Virus record (IMG/VR): IMGVR_UViG_3300027793_000052
Coordinates: 248,001-312,000 of that record
Length of the DNA stretch: 64,000 nt
Strand: one strand, 5' to 3'
How positions within the stretch are numbered: position 1 is the stretch's first letter; each line of letters opens with the position of its first letter. Below the pieces are notes generated by a model, which made no database searches, was not told where the DNA came from, and saw nothing but the letters and a program-made list of their open reading frames with translations. Shown here piece by piece: positions 10,743 to 20,850 of this stretch. A program made the position numbers and the translations under genes.

Positions 10743-11579
10743 ATGTTTATAAAAAATTGTCATATATGTAATTGTGAGATGGTATATAAAGATAAAAGGT
10801 CTTTTATGAAATCCACAAAAAATAATACACCATGTTTGAGTTGTAATAGAAAAGGTGATAAAAACCCCTTTTATGGTAAAAAACATACCAAAGACAGTAT
10901 GTTAAAAATGGTGGAAACATCTAAAAATTCTGAAAAAAGAAAAGAATATTACAACAAAATAAAGACAGAAGAGTTTAGAAAACAATTGTCAGAAAAATTT
11001 AAAGGTAGTGATAACCCCAACTACAATAGGGGTTATTACAAATCCTGGGTTGAAAAGTACGGGGTGGAAGTAGCTAATGACATGATGACCGAGTTTAAAA
11101 AAATACAATCATTATCATCATCTGGTGAAAATAATCCCATGTTTGGTAAACCCTCACCAAAAAAATCTGGTAATGGTTGGGGTGGGTGGTATAAGGATTT
11201 TTATTTTAGAAGTTTATTGGAATTATCTTACCTGATTAATATCATCGAAAGGTTTAATATTAATTGGGAGTCTGGTGAACAAGACAAATATAAGATTCAG
11301 TACGAAATAGACGGTAAGAAAAGGAATTATTTTCCTGATTTTATCTTAAATAATAAATACATTATAGAGTGTAAACCGAAAAAACTGTGGAATACACAAG
11401 TTAATAGTATTAAAAGAAAATACGCTGAAGAATTTTGTTCTATGAACGGTTTTAAATTTAAAATGGTGGAACCTAAAAAGATATCTTTTACTGAATTAGA
11501 AGAAATGATTAAAAATGGTGAAATTATTTTAAACGAAAAATATACTAATAGATTTAATAAACTTATACTTAATAAATAA
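10743..11579 (+). mobile_element. Free-standing putative homing endonuclease: Zn-finger + NUMOD3 repeats + TnsA-like PD-(D/E)XK domain
   Basis: CHIC/CLSC; NPFYGKKHT, NPNY and NPMFGK repeats; RSLLEL...RNYFPDFIL..YIIECKP. Confidence 0.75.
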
Positions 11580-11821
11580 TGAGAATCGACTGGACACAAT
11601 TACAATTAATATATCAAACACTAGGTGATGATATTAAAAACCACGTATCAGTTTTGGTTCATGAGTACTTAGTAGGTACACAAACACAAACTATAAAAGA
11701 TGAGTTGATATCGTTGAGAATTCTAGTCGATAATCCAACCCCAATTAATATATCAGAAAGAAGAACTATTGTCCAACCCTTTAATTTTGTGTCAAACAAT
11801 GACGGGGCTCAAAGTAACTAA
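11579..11821 (+). CDS. Hypothetical protein
   Basis: 80-aa ORF coupled to the previous stop (TAATG). Confidence 0.6.
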   Translation: MRIDWTQLQLIYQTLGDDIKNHVSVLVHEYLVGTQTQTIKDELISLRILVDNPTPINISERRTIVQPFNFVSNNDGAQSN

Positions 11822-12821
11822 AAGAAAAGAAAAAACTAAAACACTTCTTGTTGATGGCAATGTGTTATTAAAAAGATCTTACAATGGCGCGAAAAATGTT
11901 TTCTACAAGGAGGTACATATCGGCGGAATTTTCCAATTCTACACCACATTAAGAAAACTCATAGTAGAGTTATCAATAGATAAGGTTATTATCATGTGGG
12001 ATGGTGAGAGAGGTGGTTATTTAAGACTAACCTACTATCCTGAATACAAAAGGAATAGACCTAAATTCTTCGACGAAAACTACGAAATCCAAAAATTAAG
12101 AGTCAAAGCTTACGCTGAAGATTTATTCTTGCGTCAATATGAACACCCCGATTGTGAATCAGATGATTTATTATCTTTTTACTCCATCAATAGAAGTAAA
12201 AACGAAGAAGTAATTATCTACACAAATGACCGAGATTTGTGTCAATTAATTTGTGAAGATGTTAGTCTATATTTGGCAGATAAGAAAACCTTGGTGGGTG
12301 TAGGCAATTATAATTGGTATTTTCAACACCACTATCAAAACGCTGGTTTAGTTAAAATAATAGAAGGATGTACAACAGATAATATTAAAGGGATTGATGG
12401 TGTTACTGAAAACACACTTTTAACCCATTTCCCTGAAATAAAAGATAAAAAAATTACCTTAGAAGAGATATTTGAACGTAGTAAAACCTTGAAAGAAGAA
12501 AAAAATTTAAAGATATTTGAATCAATATTGGAAGGTAAAACTAAAGGATGTCACAAAGGTAATGTATATGAAATAAATAAAATAATAATAGATCTACAAC
12601 AACCACTTTTAACGGATGAGGCTAAAGAAGAAGTTTTAAATCTTATTAATTTACCATTAAACCCCGAAGGTCGTGATTATAAAAACGTATTAAAAATGAT
12701 GTTTGAAGACGGTGTTATGTACGCTATACCTGGTGGTGAAAATGGTTATGTAAATTTTTTAGAACCCTTTATAAAACTATCCAAAAAAGAAAAAACAAAC
12801 TACAAAAACTCAAAACTATGA
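11799..12821 (+). CDS. 5'-3' exonuclease / flap endonuclease (T4 RNase H, PolI N-terminal type)
   Basis: LLVDGN, WDGE, YPEYKRNR, ESDDLL, TNDRDLCQL and DNIKGIDGV motifs. ATG at 11799 preferred over the track TTG at 11769. Confidence 0.9.
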   Translation: MTGLKVTKRKEKTKTLLVDGNVLLKRSYNGAKNVFYKEVHIGGIFQFYTTLRKLIVELSIDKVIIMWDGERGGYLRLTYYPEYKRNRPKFFDENYEIQKLRVKAYAEDLFLRQYEHPDCESDDLLSFYSINRSKNEEVIIYTNDRDLCQLICEDVSLYLADKKTLVGVGNYNWYFQHHYQNAGLVKIIEGCTTDNIKGIDGVTENTLLTHFPEIKDKKITLEEIFERSKTLKEEKNLKIFESILEGKTKGCHKGNVYEINKIIIDLQQPLLTDEAKEEVLNLINLPLNPEGRDYKNVLKMMFEDGVMYAIPGGENGYVNFLEPFIKLSKKEKTNYKNSKL

Positions 12822-13255
12822 AAAAATTTGAATTCTTATTAAAGATTAATGGCAATATTATTTGCCAACGTTACTTTTCTGTAAAAAATTTTAACACCAA
12901 ATCGGTAAACTCTTTAGATTTATACGACTGTGTGGATGATTGTACAGGTATGATACAAGAACAACTAAAAGAAAAAGCCATAGATTATTTATGGAACCAA
13001 TTTAACCCATACGAAAAACAAACAGAAGAACAAATTAACAGAACACCAATCTATGAAAAAGAAGATATTTTTGATTTTGAAATTAGAATAGATGAAAAAA
13101 CTATTATAGCTAAACGTTTTACTGGTAATGTTTACCCACAAAGAGTTAGATATAGTGTTGATATTCGTGAATTAATTTCTAAGATTATATCTCGTATTCA
13201 AGAAACATTAGGTCAAGAAAATTTTACTGTGGAATACGCAAGCATAAAATTGTAA
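12818..13255 (+). CDS. Hypothetical protein
   Basis: 145-aa ORF with an ATGA overlap with the exonuclease stop. Confidence 0.7.
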   Translation: MKKFEFLLKINGNIICQRYFSVKNFNTKSVNSLDLYDCVDDCTGMIQEQLKEKAIDYLWNQFNPYEKQTEEQINRTPIYEKEDIFDFEIRIDEKTIIAKRFTGNVYPQRVRYSVDIRELISKIISRIQETLGQENFTVEYASIKL

Positions 13256-13264
13256 TCACTATTT

Positions 13265-14674
13265 ATGAATATACAAAGTAAGAAGATGGGTAAAAATGTT
13301 ACATTAGGGTATCTCGGTTATAAGTTTCAAACCGAATTAATTAACCAACTCTTACATCCAGCGAATAAAAAATTTTCTGACAGAATTATCGACATTGTAC
13401 ACGCCAAGTATTTCGATAATGAATATTTTCGTCTCATAGTAGCCCAAATTAAAGACTACTATGAGAAGTACGAAAAAGTTCCAGCTTACGACACTTTAGA
13501 AACCATTTTTAGAATGGAGATTAAAGACAAAGTAACTCAGGACTATGTATTTGAAATGTTAAATGAAATTCGTAATTTGGTTGTAACAGATTGGGAATTT
13601 ATTCAGGGTAAAGCTTTAAATTTCTGTAGACAACAAGAACTTAAAAAAGCCAATGAAAAAATTAACAAGATTGTTGATAATGGTGAGTTTGACAACTATG
13701 AAACTTGTGCTGAAATTTTAAGAGAAGCTTTAGCTGTAGGTTCCGAAAAAGATGACGGTACTTCCATCACCGAAAACATTGAAGCAGTGTTAGAAAAAGA
13801 CTTTAGACACCCAATTCCGACAGGAATAAGTGGTATTGATAATTTAACCGATGGTGGTTTGTCTAAAGGTGAGTTAGGTGTTATTTTAGCCCCATACGGG
13901 ATTGGGAAGACCACCATATTAACAAAATTAGCTAATACGGCTTACAATGAAGGTTATAATGTTTTACAAATAGTATTTGAAGACATGCCTGATGTTATTA
14001 AAAGAAAACATTTAGCGTGTTGGTCAGGTATTAATTTAAATGAATTAGCTGACCGAAAAGAAGAAGTTTTAGCTAAACACAAAGAAGTAACTTTTAACCG
14101 TAACAATGACCTCAAAATTAGAAAATTTTCATCTGAGGGAACAACCATGCAAACAATAAAATCTTTTGTTAGACATGAAATTTCTAATGGTTTTAAACCT
14201 GACATGATAATTTTAGACTATATCGATTGTGTTGAATCAACACGTCAGTATAGTGATGAATGGTCTGGTGAAGGTAACGTTATGAGAGGTTTTGAATCTA
14301 TGTTAAGTGAATTTGGTATGGTAGGTTGGACAGCAGTACAGGGTAATAGAAGTTCTATTAGTTCCGATGTTGTTACAGGTGACCAAATGGGAGGTTCAAT
14401 TAAGAAAGCTCAAATCGGACACTTCATTATGTCAATAGCAAGAACTCTTCCACAAAAAGAATCTGGTAGAGCTACAATAGCAGTCTTAAAATCACGTTTT
14501 GGTCGTGATGGTGTTGTATTCGAAGACTGTACATTTGATAACGGTAGGGTGTATATAGACACAGAATCCTCAAACACATTCTTAGGGTACGAAAAGAAAC
14601 AAGAGGAGAAAAAAGAAGCACATACACGTGATAGAATACAAAGAGCAAAAGAGTTACAAAAACAAAACAATTAA
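13265..14674 (+). CDS. dnaB: Replicative DNA helicase (DnaB/gp41 family)
   Basis: IPTGISGID, Walker A APYGIGKTT, IILDYID, WTAVQGNR and KSRFG motifs. Confidence 0.92.
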   Translation: MNIQSKKMGKNVTLGYLGYKFQTELINQLLHPANKKFSDRIIDIVHAKYFDNEYFRLIVAQIKDYYEKYEKVPAYDTLETIFRMEIKDKVTQDYVFEMLNEIRNLVVTDWEFIQGKALNFCRQQELKKANEKINKIVDNGEFDNYETCAEILREALAVGSEKDDGTSITENIEAVLEKDFRHPIPTGISGIDNLTDGGLSKGELGVILAPYGIGKTTILTKLANTAYNEGYNVLQIVFEDMPDVIKRKHLACWSGINLNELADRKEEVLAKHKEVTFNRNNDLKIRKFSSEGTTMQTIKSFVRHEISNGFKPDMIILDYIDCVESTRQYSDEWSGEGNVMRGFESMLSEFGMVGWTAVQGNRSSISSDVVTGDQMGGSIKKAQIGHFIMSIARTLPQKESGRATIAVLKSRFGRDGVVFEDCTFDNGRVYIDTESSNTFLGYEKKQEEKKEAHTRDRIQRAKELQKQNN

Positions 14675-14706
14675 AAAATTACAAATTTTCTAAAAAATTA
14701 TTAAAA

Positions 14707-17700
14707 ATGGAGATTTCAAGTAAAATACTCTCAGACATAACAGTCCACATGAAATACGCTAAGTATGTTCCTGAGTTAAACAGAAGAGAAACGTGGGAAG
14801 AATTGGTGACAAGAAATAAAGAAATGCACCAAAAAAAATATCCACAAATTAAAGATGAAATTGAAAAGGTATATAAATTAGTATATGATAAAAAAGTTTT
14901 ACCCTCAATGAGAAGTCTTCAATTTGGCGGAAAACCAATTGAAATTTCACCGAACAGAATTTACAATTGTGCATACATGCCAATTGACCATACGGATTCT
15001 TTCGCTGAAGCGATGTTTTTACTATTAGGTGGTACAGGGGTTGGTTATTCGGTACAAAGACATCATGTTGATAAATTACCAGAAATTAAAAAACCAAACA
15101 CAAATAGAACTAGAAGATACCTTATCGGTGACTCTATTGAAGGATGGGCTGACGCTATCAAAGTTTTGATTGAATCGTATTTTGGTTCTAAATCTTCCAC
15201 CCCTATATTCGATTATTCTGATGTTAGACCTAAAGGTGCAAGATTAGTAACATCAGGTGGAAAGGCACCAGGACCTCAACCTCTAAAAGATTGTATCCAT
15301 AACATTAAAAAGATTTTAGATACAAAAAATGACGGTGATAAATTAAAACCAATTGAAGTTCATGATATTGTATGTTTTATCGCTGATGCAGTTTTAGCTG
15401 GTGGTATTCGTAGAGCGGCTTTAATTTCATTATTTTCAGCTGATGATGATGAAATGTTGGCATGTAAATCAGGTAATTGGTGGGAATTAAATCCACAGAG
15501 AGGTAGAGCTAACAACTCAGCTGTTTTAATGAGACATAAAATCACCAAAGAATATTTTATGGACATTTGGAAACGTATTGAGTTAAGTGGTTCAGGTGAA
15601 CCTGGTATCTACTTATCTAACGATAAAGATTGGGGGACTAACCCATCACTGAGAGCCGGTACAAAAGTTTTAACAACAGAAGGTATATTTCCTATTGAAG
15701 ATTTACAGGATAAAAAGTTTTATGTTAAAAACTTAAATGGTGAAATTAGTGAGGCTAAATGTTGGTTATCTGGTGTGGATAAACAATTATGGAAATTAAC
15801 GTTAAGTGATGGACATGAATATTTTGCAACACCAGAACACGAATGGCCTGTATGGGACGGAACTAAATATATTAAAGTTAAAACCCCTGATTTAGTATCT
15901 GGAGATAAACTACCAATTTTAAGGGAATCTAAATTATTTGACGGTGATTTAGGTAATTATGAAGATGGTTTCTTATCAGGATGGTTAATTGGTGACGGAT
16001 GGGTAACAAATAGAAAAGAATATTCAGAATATGGTATGATAGTTTCTGACTTAGATGATAAATCTAACATATCTGAAAGGTTAATTAACACTATTAAAAC
16101 AAACGTCCCAGAATTTAATGGAAGTTTCAAAAAAAGATTTAGAAAAGAATTTGAAAACCATGAAGAAGAAATGCAAATAATTTTGGTGGATACTAAAACT
16201 AAAGAGATAGGTATTAATAATAAACAAGTTGATACCTATATAAAAAACTTTGGTATTGTGGATAAAAATGTTGGTTTACCTAAAGCCGTTTGGGAGAATG
16301 GTTCCGAAGAATATAGAAAAGGTCTAATAGATGGCTTATTTAGTTCAGATGGTAATATTTCTAAAACACAAAAAAGAATAACATTAACTTCTAGTCATAA
16401 AAAATTAATTGATGATGTTTCCGAGTTATTAGGTTTTTATGGTGTTAAAACAAAAATTAAACATAAAAAATCTAAATTAGATGGCTATGATAATGAATTT
16501 GATAGGTATGATTTAAAAATTTGTGAAGGAGCGTCTATTAAACATTTCAGAAATTTATTTAAACTAAGTAATAAATATAAACAAGATATATTAGATTCTT
16601 ATGAATTCAGATATAATATTGTTGACCCTAAACAGATAGAAGTAGAATCGGTAGAACTAACAAACATTAAGGAAAATGTTTGGGATATATCTGTCTATGA
16701 CGAAACACACTGTTTTCAGATATCTAAAGTTGTAACTGGAAATTGTTGTGAGATAGCATTACGTCCTTATCAGTTTTGTAACTTATGTGAGGTAAACGCT
16801 TCAGATATTACATCTCAAGAAGATTTCGAAGAGAGAGTTAAAGCGGCAACATTCATTGGTACATTACAGGCTGGTTACACTGATTTCCACTACTTAAGAG
16901 ATGTATGGAAACGTACAACTGAGAAAGACGCTCTCATAGGTGTTGGTATGACAGGTATTGGTTCAGGTGTTGTATTGGGTTACGACATGAAGAAGGCAGC
17001 AAAAATATCTAAAGAAGAAAATGAAAGAGTGGCAGGTTTATTAGGTATTAATAAGGCAGCTAGAACTACTACAGTTAAACCTTCAGGTACTTCTTCATTA
17101 GTATTAGGTACATCTTCAGGTATTCACGCATGGCACAATGATTACTATGTTAGACGTGTTCGTGTTGGTAAGAACGAGGCTATCTATAGTTACTTATCTA
17201 TTTACCACCCTGAATTACTAGAGGATGAATACTTTAGACCACATGATACGGCTGTTATTTCTATTCCACAAAAGGCACCAGAAGGAGCTATTGTTAGAAC
17301 AGAATCCGTATTCCAATTACTTGAACGTGTTAAAAAGGTTTCACACGAATGGGTTAGAAGTGGTCACAGAACAGGATCCAACACACATAATGTATCCGCT
17401 ACAATCTCTATCAAAGACAATGAATGGGATTTAGTTGGTCAGTGGATGTGGGATAATAGAGACTATTATAACGGATTATCCGTATTACCTTACTCAAACC
17501 ATACTTACAAACAAGCACCATTTGAGGATTGTGATAAAACGACTTATGAAAATTTACTTAAGACATTACACAATATTGATTTAACTAAAGTGGTAGAATT
17601 GGATGATAATACTGATTTAAGTGAAAATTTGGCATGTTCCGGAAATAATTGTGAGATAGATATAGATCTTAGCAAACTAACAAAAAACGATGTAGTTTAA
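14707..17700 (+). CDS. nrdJ: Class II (B12-dependent) ribonucleotide reductase, monomeric RTPR type, interrupted by an intein
   Basis: LPSMRSLQFGG, YNCAY, GGIRRAALISL, GEPG...GTNP/CCEI, QFCNL, TVKPSGT, and a C-terminal CSGNNC redox pair. Confidence 0.9.
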   Translation: MEISSKILSDITVHMKYAKYVPELNRRETWEELVTRNKEMHQKKYPQIKDEIEKVYKLVYDKKVLPSMRSLQFGGKPIEISPNRIYNCAYMPIDHTDSFAEAMFLLLGGTGVGYSVQRHHVDKLPEIKKPNTNRTRRYLIGDSIEGWADAIKVLIESYFGSKSSTPIFDYSDVRPKGARLVTSGGKAPGPQPLKDCIHNIKKILDTKNDGDKLKPIEVHDIVCFIADAVLAGGIRRAALISLFSADDDEMLACKSGNWWELNPQRGRANNSAVLMRHKITKEYFMDIWKRIELSGSGEPGIYLSNDKDWGTNPSLRAGTKVLTTEGIFPIEDLQDKKFYVKNLNGEISEAKCWLSGVDKQLWKLTLSDGHEYFATPEHEWPVWDGTKYIKVKTPDLVSGDKLPILRESKLFDGDLGNYEDGFLSGWLIGDGWVTNRKEYSEYGMIVSDLDDKSNISERLINTIKTNVPEFNGSFKKRFRKEFENHEEEMQIILVDTKTKEIGINNKQVDTYIKNFGIVDKNVGLPKAVWENGSEEYRKGLIDGLFSSDGNISKTQKRITLTSSHKKLIDDVSELLGFYGVKTKIKHKKSKLDGYDNEFDRYDLKICEGASIKHFRNLFKLSNKYKQDILDSYEFRYNIVDPKQIEVESVELTNIKENVWDISVYDETHCFQISKVVTGNCCEIALRPYQFCNLCEVNASDITSQEDFEERVKAATFIGTLQAGYTDFHYLRDVWKRTTEKDALIGVGMTGIGSGVVLGYDMKKAAKISKEENERVAGLLGINKAARTTTVKPSGTSSLVLGTSSGIHAWHNDYYVRRVRVGKNEAIYSYLSIYHPELLEDEYFRPHDTAVISIPQKAPEGAIVRTESVFQLLERVKKVSHEWVRSGHRTGSNTHNVSATISIKDNEWDLVGQWMWDNRDYYNGLSVLPYSNHTYKQAPFEDCDKTTYENLLKTLHNIDLTKVVELDDNTDLSENLACSGNNCEIDIDLSKLTKNDVV
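15646..16743 (+). mobile_element. Intein (366 aa) with LAGLIDADG endonuclease, inserted at the NP/C-x-E active-site motif
   Basis: Exteins rejoin as TNP-CCEIAL. Intein starts SLRAGTKV, has block B TPEH, LAGLIDADG motifs SGWLIGDGW and DGLFSSDG, and ends VWDISV..THCF..VVTGN with +1 Cys. Confidence 0.92.
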
Positions 17701-17708
17701 ATTTAATT

Positions 17709-17738
17709 AAAATCCCCACAATGTGGGGATTTTTTTTT
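17709..17738 (+). terminator. Rho-independent terminator
   Basis: AAAATCCCCAC-AAT-GTGGGGATTTT hairpin plus T run after nrdJ. Confidence 0.88.
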
Positions 17739-17758
17739 GATAAAAAATATTTATTTGT

Positions 17759-18535
17759 ATGATTATATATAAAACAACAAATCTATTAAATAATAAAATA
17801 TACGTAGGTCAATCTAAAAACGATGATGACCACTACTTAGGTAGTGGAACATACATAACCAAGGCTATAAAAAAATACGGTAAATCAAATTTCAAAAAAG
17901 AAATATTAGAAAGGTGTTCAACACACGAGGAGTTAAATTCTAGAGAATTGTATTGGATAGATAAATTAAACTCAACAGATAGGAGTATAGGGTACAATGT
18001 TAGCAGAACTACTTATGGTATATATACAGAAGAATCACGTAAAAAACAAGGTTGTAAAGGTCATTCAGAAGATACTAAACGTAAAATATCAGAGGCTCTA
18101 AGAAAGTACGAAAGAACAGATGAACACAAAGAAAAGTTATTAAAATCTATTAAAAATATAGATTTTTCTTACATGAAAACTGAAGAATATCGTAATAATA
18201 TGAGTAAGTTAACCAGTGGAGAAAAAAACGGTATGTACGGTAAAAAACACGGTAATAATACTAAAGAAAAAATTAGTAAATCATTAATGGGTAAAGAACC
18301 ATGGAATAAAGGGAAAGATGGATCATCATACTATAAAACCATGTTAATCAATTCTTTAAATAAGATACGAACACATTACAATATAACAATAGAAGAACTT
18401 ATAAATAACTTAGATTTGTATGTTAGTAAATCTAAAAACGATGGAATTATATCTAAGAATAAAGGTATATCCAACAACACTTTAATCAAGTTCGGTATAC
18501 CAACCTTATACGAAATACGTAAAAAACATGGGTAA
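17759..18535 (+). mobile_element. Free-standing GIY-YIG homing endonuclease with NUMOD3 repeats (Seg-like)
   Basis: MIIYKTTNLLNNKIYVGQS, YLGSG, E.ELYWI, GYN; HSEDTKRKISE and NGMYGKKH repeats. Confidence 0.88.
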
Positions 18536-18539
18536 TTAA

Positions 18540-18564
18540 AACCCCTCCTAGTGAGGGGTTTTTT
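18540..18564 (+). terminator. Rho-independent terminator
   Basis: AACCCCTC-CTAGT-GAGGGGTT followed by TTTT. Confidence 0.85.
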
Positions 18565-18620
18565 ATGCTCTAAAAATTACACTTTATATTTTATTTTTTG
18601 GTGGTAAATTTCTTAAATGG

Positions 18621-18629
18621 ATATTTATA
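18621..18629 (+). promoter_or_regulatory. ATATTTATA candidate late promoter of the baseplate/tail operon
   Basis: 15 nt before the ATG of the first baseplate gene, downstream of a terminator. Confidence 0.6.
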
Positions 18630-18644
18630 AAGAAAAGTATTAGA

Positions 18645-19031
18645 ATGGCACAAAAAAGATTTATTAACATACAGTTTCCATTTTCTGATGACCCTGAAGG
18701 CAAGTTTTTAGAAATGAATACCGAACCAAAAAGAGCTATTAAAGCGGATTTGGTTCATTTATTATTAACTAATAAAGGTGAAAGATTGTATATGCCAGAT
18801 TTTGGTGCTAATTTAAGACAATACATTTTTGAACCAAATGATGAACCTAGTTACAGTGCTATTAAAAACGAAATTAATACAGCTATATCCAAGTTCATAC
18901 CAAATTTAAATGTTACTGAATTAACGGTAACACCATCTGAAAATAATATTCATGCAGTTATAGTTAGACTAGATTATGTTGTAACTACAGGTGCTTTTGA
19001 ATCTAACGACTTTGTAATATTAGAAATATAA
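18645..19031 (+). CDS. Baseplate wedge subunit, gp25/GPW-like
   Basis: LLLTNKGERLYMPDFGANLRQYIFEP...FIPNL is the gp25 signature. Confidence 0.88.
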   Translation: MAQKRFINIQFPFSDDPEGKFLEMNTEPKRAIKADLVHLLLTNKGERLYMPDFGANLRQYIFEPNDEPSYSAIKNEINTAISKFIPNLNVTELTVTPSENNIHAVIVRLDYVVTTGAFESNDFVILEI

Positions 19032-19032
19032 A

Positions 19033-20850
19033 ATGGCCGAGAAAAAAATAAATTATTTTGCCAGACAGTTTGCCGATGTAAGAGGGGAATTGATAAATTA
19101 TGTAAGACATTTTTATCCTGAGTTATATCAAGATTTTAATGACGCATCAATAGGTATGATGTTAATCGAATTAAATGCAGCTGTGTCTGACATGTTATCT
19201 TATCATACAGATAAAATGTTTACCGAAACACAAATTGATTATGCACAAGAAAGAAGGTCTGTAATGAATATCGCCAGAACTTTAGGTTTAAAAATACCTG
19301 GCAGAAGGTCTTCCATAACACTTGTAGATTTTTCTGTTGTCGTACCAGTTTTTGGGGACACTTTTGATGTGAGATACGCTCCCACAATAAAATATGGAAC
19401 CCAAGTTGCCGGTGCTGGACAAACATTTGAAACATTAGATGATATAGACTTTTCCTCACCGTTTAGTACAGGTGGCATACCCAACAGACTAATTATCCCA
19501 AATATAAACGCTAATAATCAAATAGTTAGTTATACTTTAGTAAAAAGAGAAATTGTATCAAACGGGATTAGTAAAATATATAAAAAAATTATAACTGATA
19601 GAGATGCTAAACCTTTTTTAGAAATCATATTACCCGATAATAATGTTGTATCTATAGAACAGGCAATAACAAAAGAAGGTACCACATTTATAAATAACCC
19701 AACAACAGCCGAATTTGTTGATAATAATTTAAGATGGTGGGAGGTAGATTCCTTAGCTGAAGATAAAATATTTGTAGAAGATCCAAATAGAAGTACCGAT
19801 AATACTGGTATAAAACCAGGTAAATGGATGTCCGTTAATAGAAAGTTTATTAAAGAATATACTGACACTGGCTTTTGTAAAATAACATTTGGTTCTGGTT
19901 TTTCCGATCAACAAAACTTACAAGCTTACACAACAAATCAATATGTTTTACAAGTATCTAATTTTTTTAATAGTACTGCTTTAGGTGAAATACCTAGACC
20001 TAATACGACTTTATATGTTAGATATAGAGTAGGTGGTGGTACTACGGCTAACATAGGTGCTAATGTTATAAATAGTGTTGGTTTTGTAGATATGTTTGTA
20101 AATGGACCTAACACTACCAACAACCAAGCTGTTAGACAATCCTTAAGGGTTAACAACCCAATACCGGCTTTTGGTGGTGGTGATGAACCAACAATTGATG
20201 AAATTAGATGGATGACAAAGTATAACTTTGCGTCACAGAATAGAGCGGTTACGATAAAAGATTATATAGCAACCATATTTAAAATGCCAGGTAAATTTGG
20301 TGTCCCTTTTAGAATGCAAGTGGCTGAAAATCAAAATAAAGTAGAATTTGCTGTATTGGGTTTAAACTCACAAGGTAAATTAGATAACTCGTCAACCAAC
20401 ACATTAAAAGAAAATATGTCAACTTGGTTAGCGGATTATCGTATGATTAATGATTATGTTTTAATTAGAGACGGTAAAGTTATTAATTTAGCTTTTGATA
20501 TTGATTTATATACAGATAAATCTTTTAATCAGGCTGAGATAGTTAACAATGTTATTAACACAATAACAAGTTATTTTGATGTAAATAAATGGCAAATGGG
20601 TCAAAACATATACATATCACAATTAATAGAACAAATTAATAATGTAGCCGGTGTATTAAATATTACAGACATAAAAGCTTACAACAAAGTTGGTGGTAAT
20701 TATTCTTTAAACTTTACAAGACAAAGTTATATAGATAACGTAACCAAACAAATTGATTTAACTTTGGATTATGTTTTATTTGGTGAATATGATACAATGT
20801 TTGAAATAAAATATCCACAAACAGACATTAGAGTTAGGGTCAAATCTTAA
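19033..20850 (+). CDS. Baseplate wedge subunit, gp6/baseplate-J-like
   Basis: LSYHTD...AQERRSVMNIARTLGLK, ITFGSG, YRVGGG and QNRAVTIKDY motifs; follows gp25. Confidence 0.85.
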   Translation: MAEKKINYFARQFADVRGELINYVRHFYPELYQDFNDASIGMMLIELNAAVSDMLSYHTDKMFTETQIDYAQERRSVMNIARTLGLKIPGRRSSITLVDFSVVVPVFGDTFDVRYAPTIKYGTQVAGAGQTFETLDDIDFSSPFSTGGIPNRLIIPNINANNQIVSYTLVKREIVSNGISKIYKKIITDRDAKPFLEIILPDNNVVSIEQAITKEGTTFINNPTTAEFVDNNLRWWEVDSLAEDKIFVEDPNRSTDNTGIKPGKWMSVNRKFIKEYTDTGFCKITFGSGFSDQQNLQAYTTNQYVLQVSNFFNSTALGEIPRPNTTLYVRYRVGGGTTANIGANVINSVGFVDMFVNGPNTTNNQAVRQSLRVNNPIPAFGGGDEPTIDEIRWMTKYNFASQNRAVTIKDYIATIFKMPGKFGVPFRMQVAENQNKVEFAVLGLNSQGKLDNSSTNTLKENMSTWLADYRMINDYVLIRDGKVINLAFDIDLYTDKSFNQAEIVNNVINTITSYFDVNKWQMGQNIYISQLIEQINNVAGVLNITDIKAYNKVGGNYSLNFTRQSYIDNVTKQIDLTLDYVLFGEYDTMFEIKYPQTDIRVRVKS

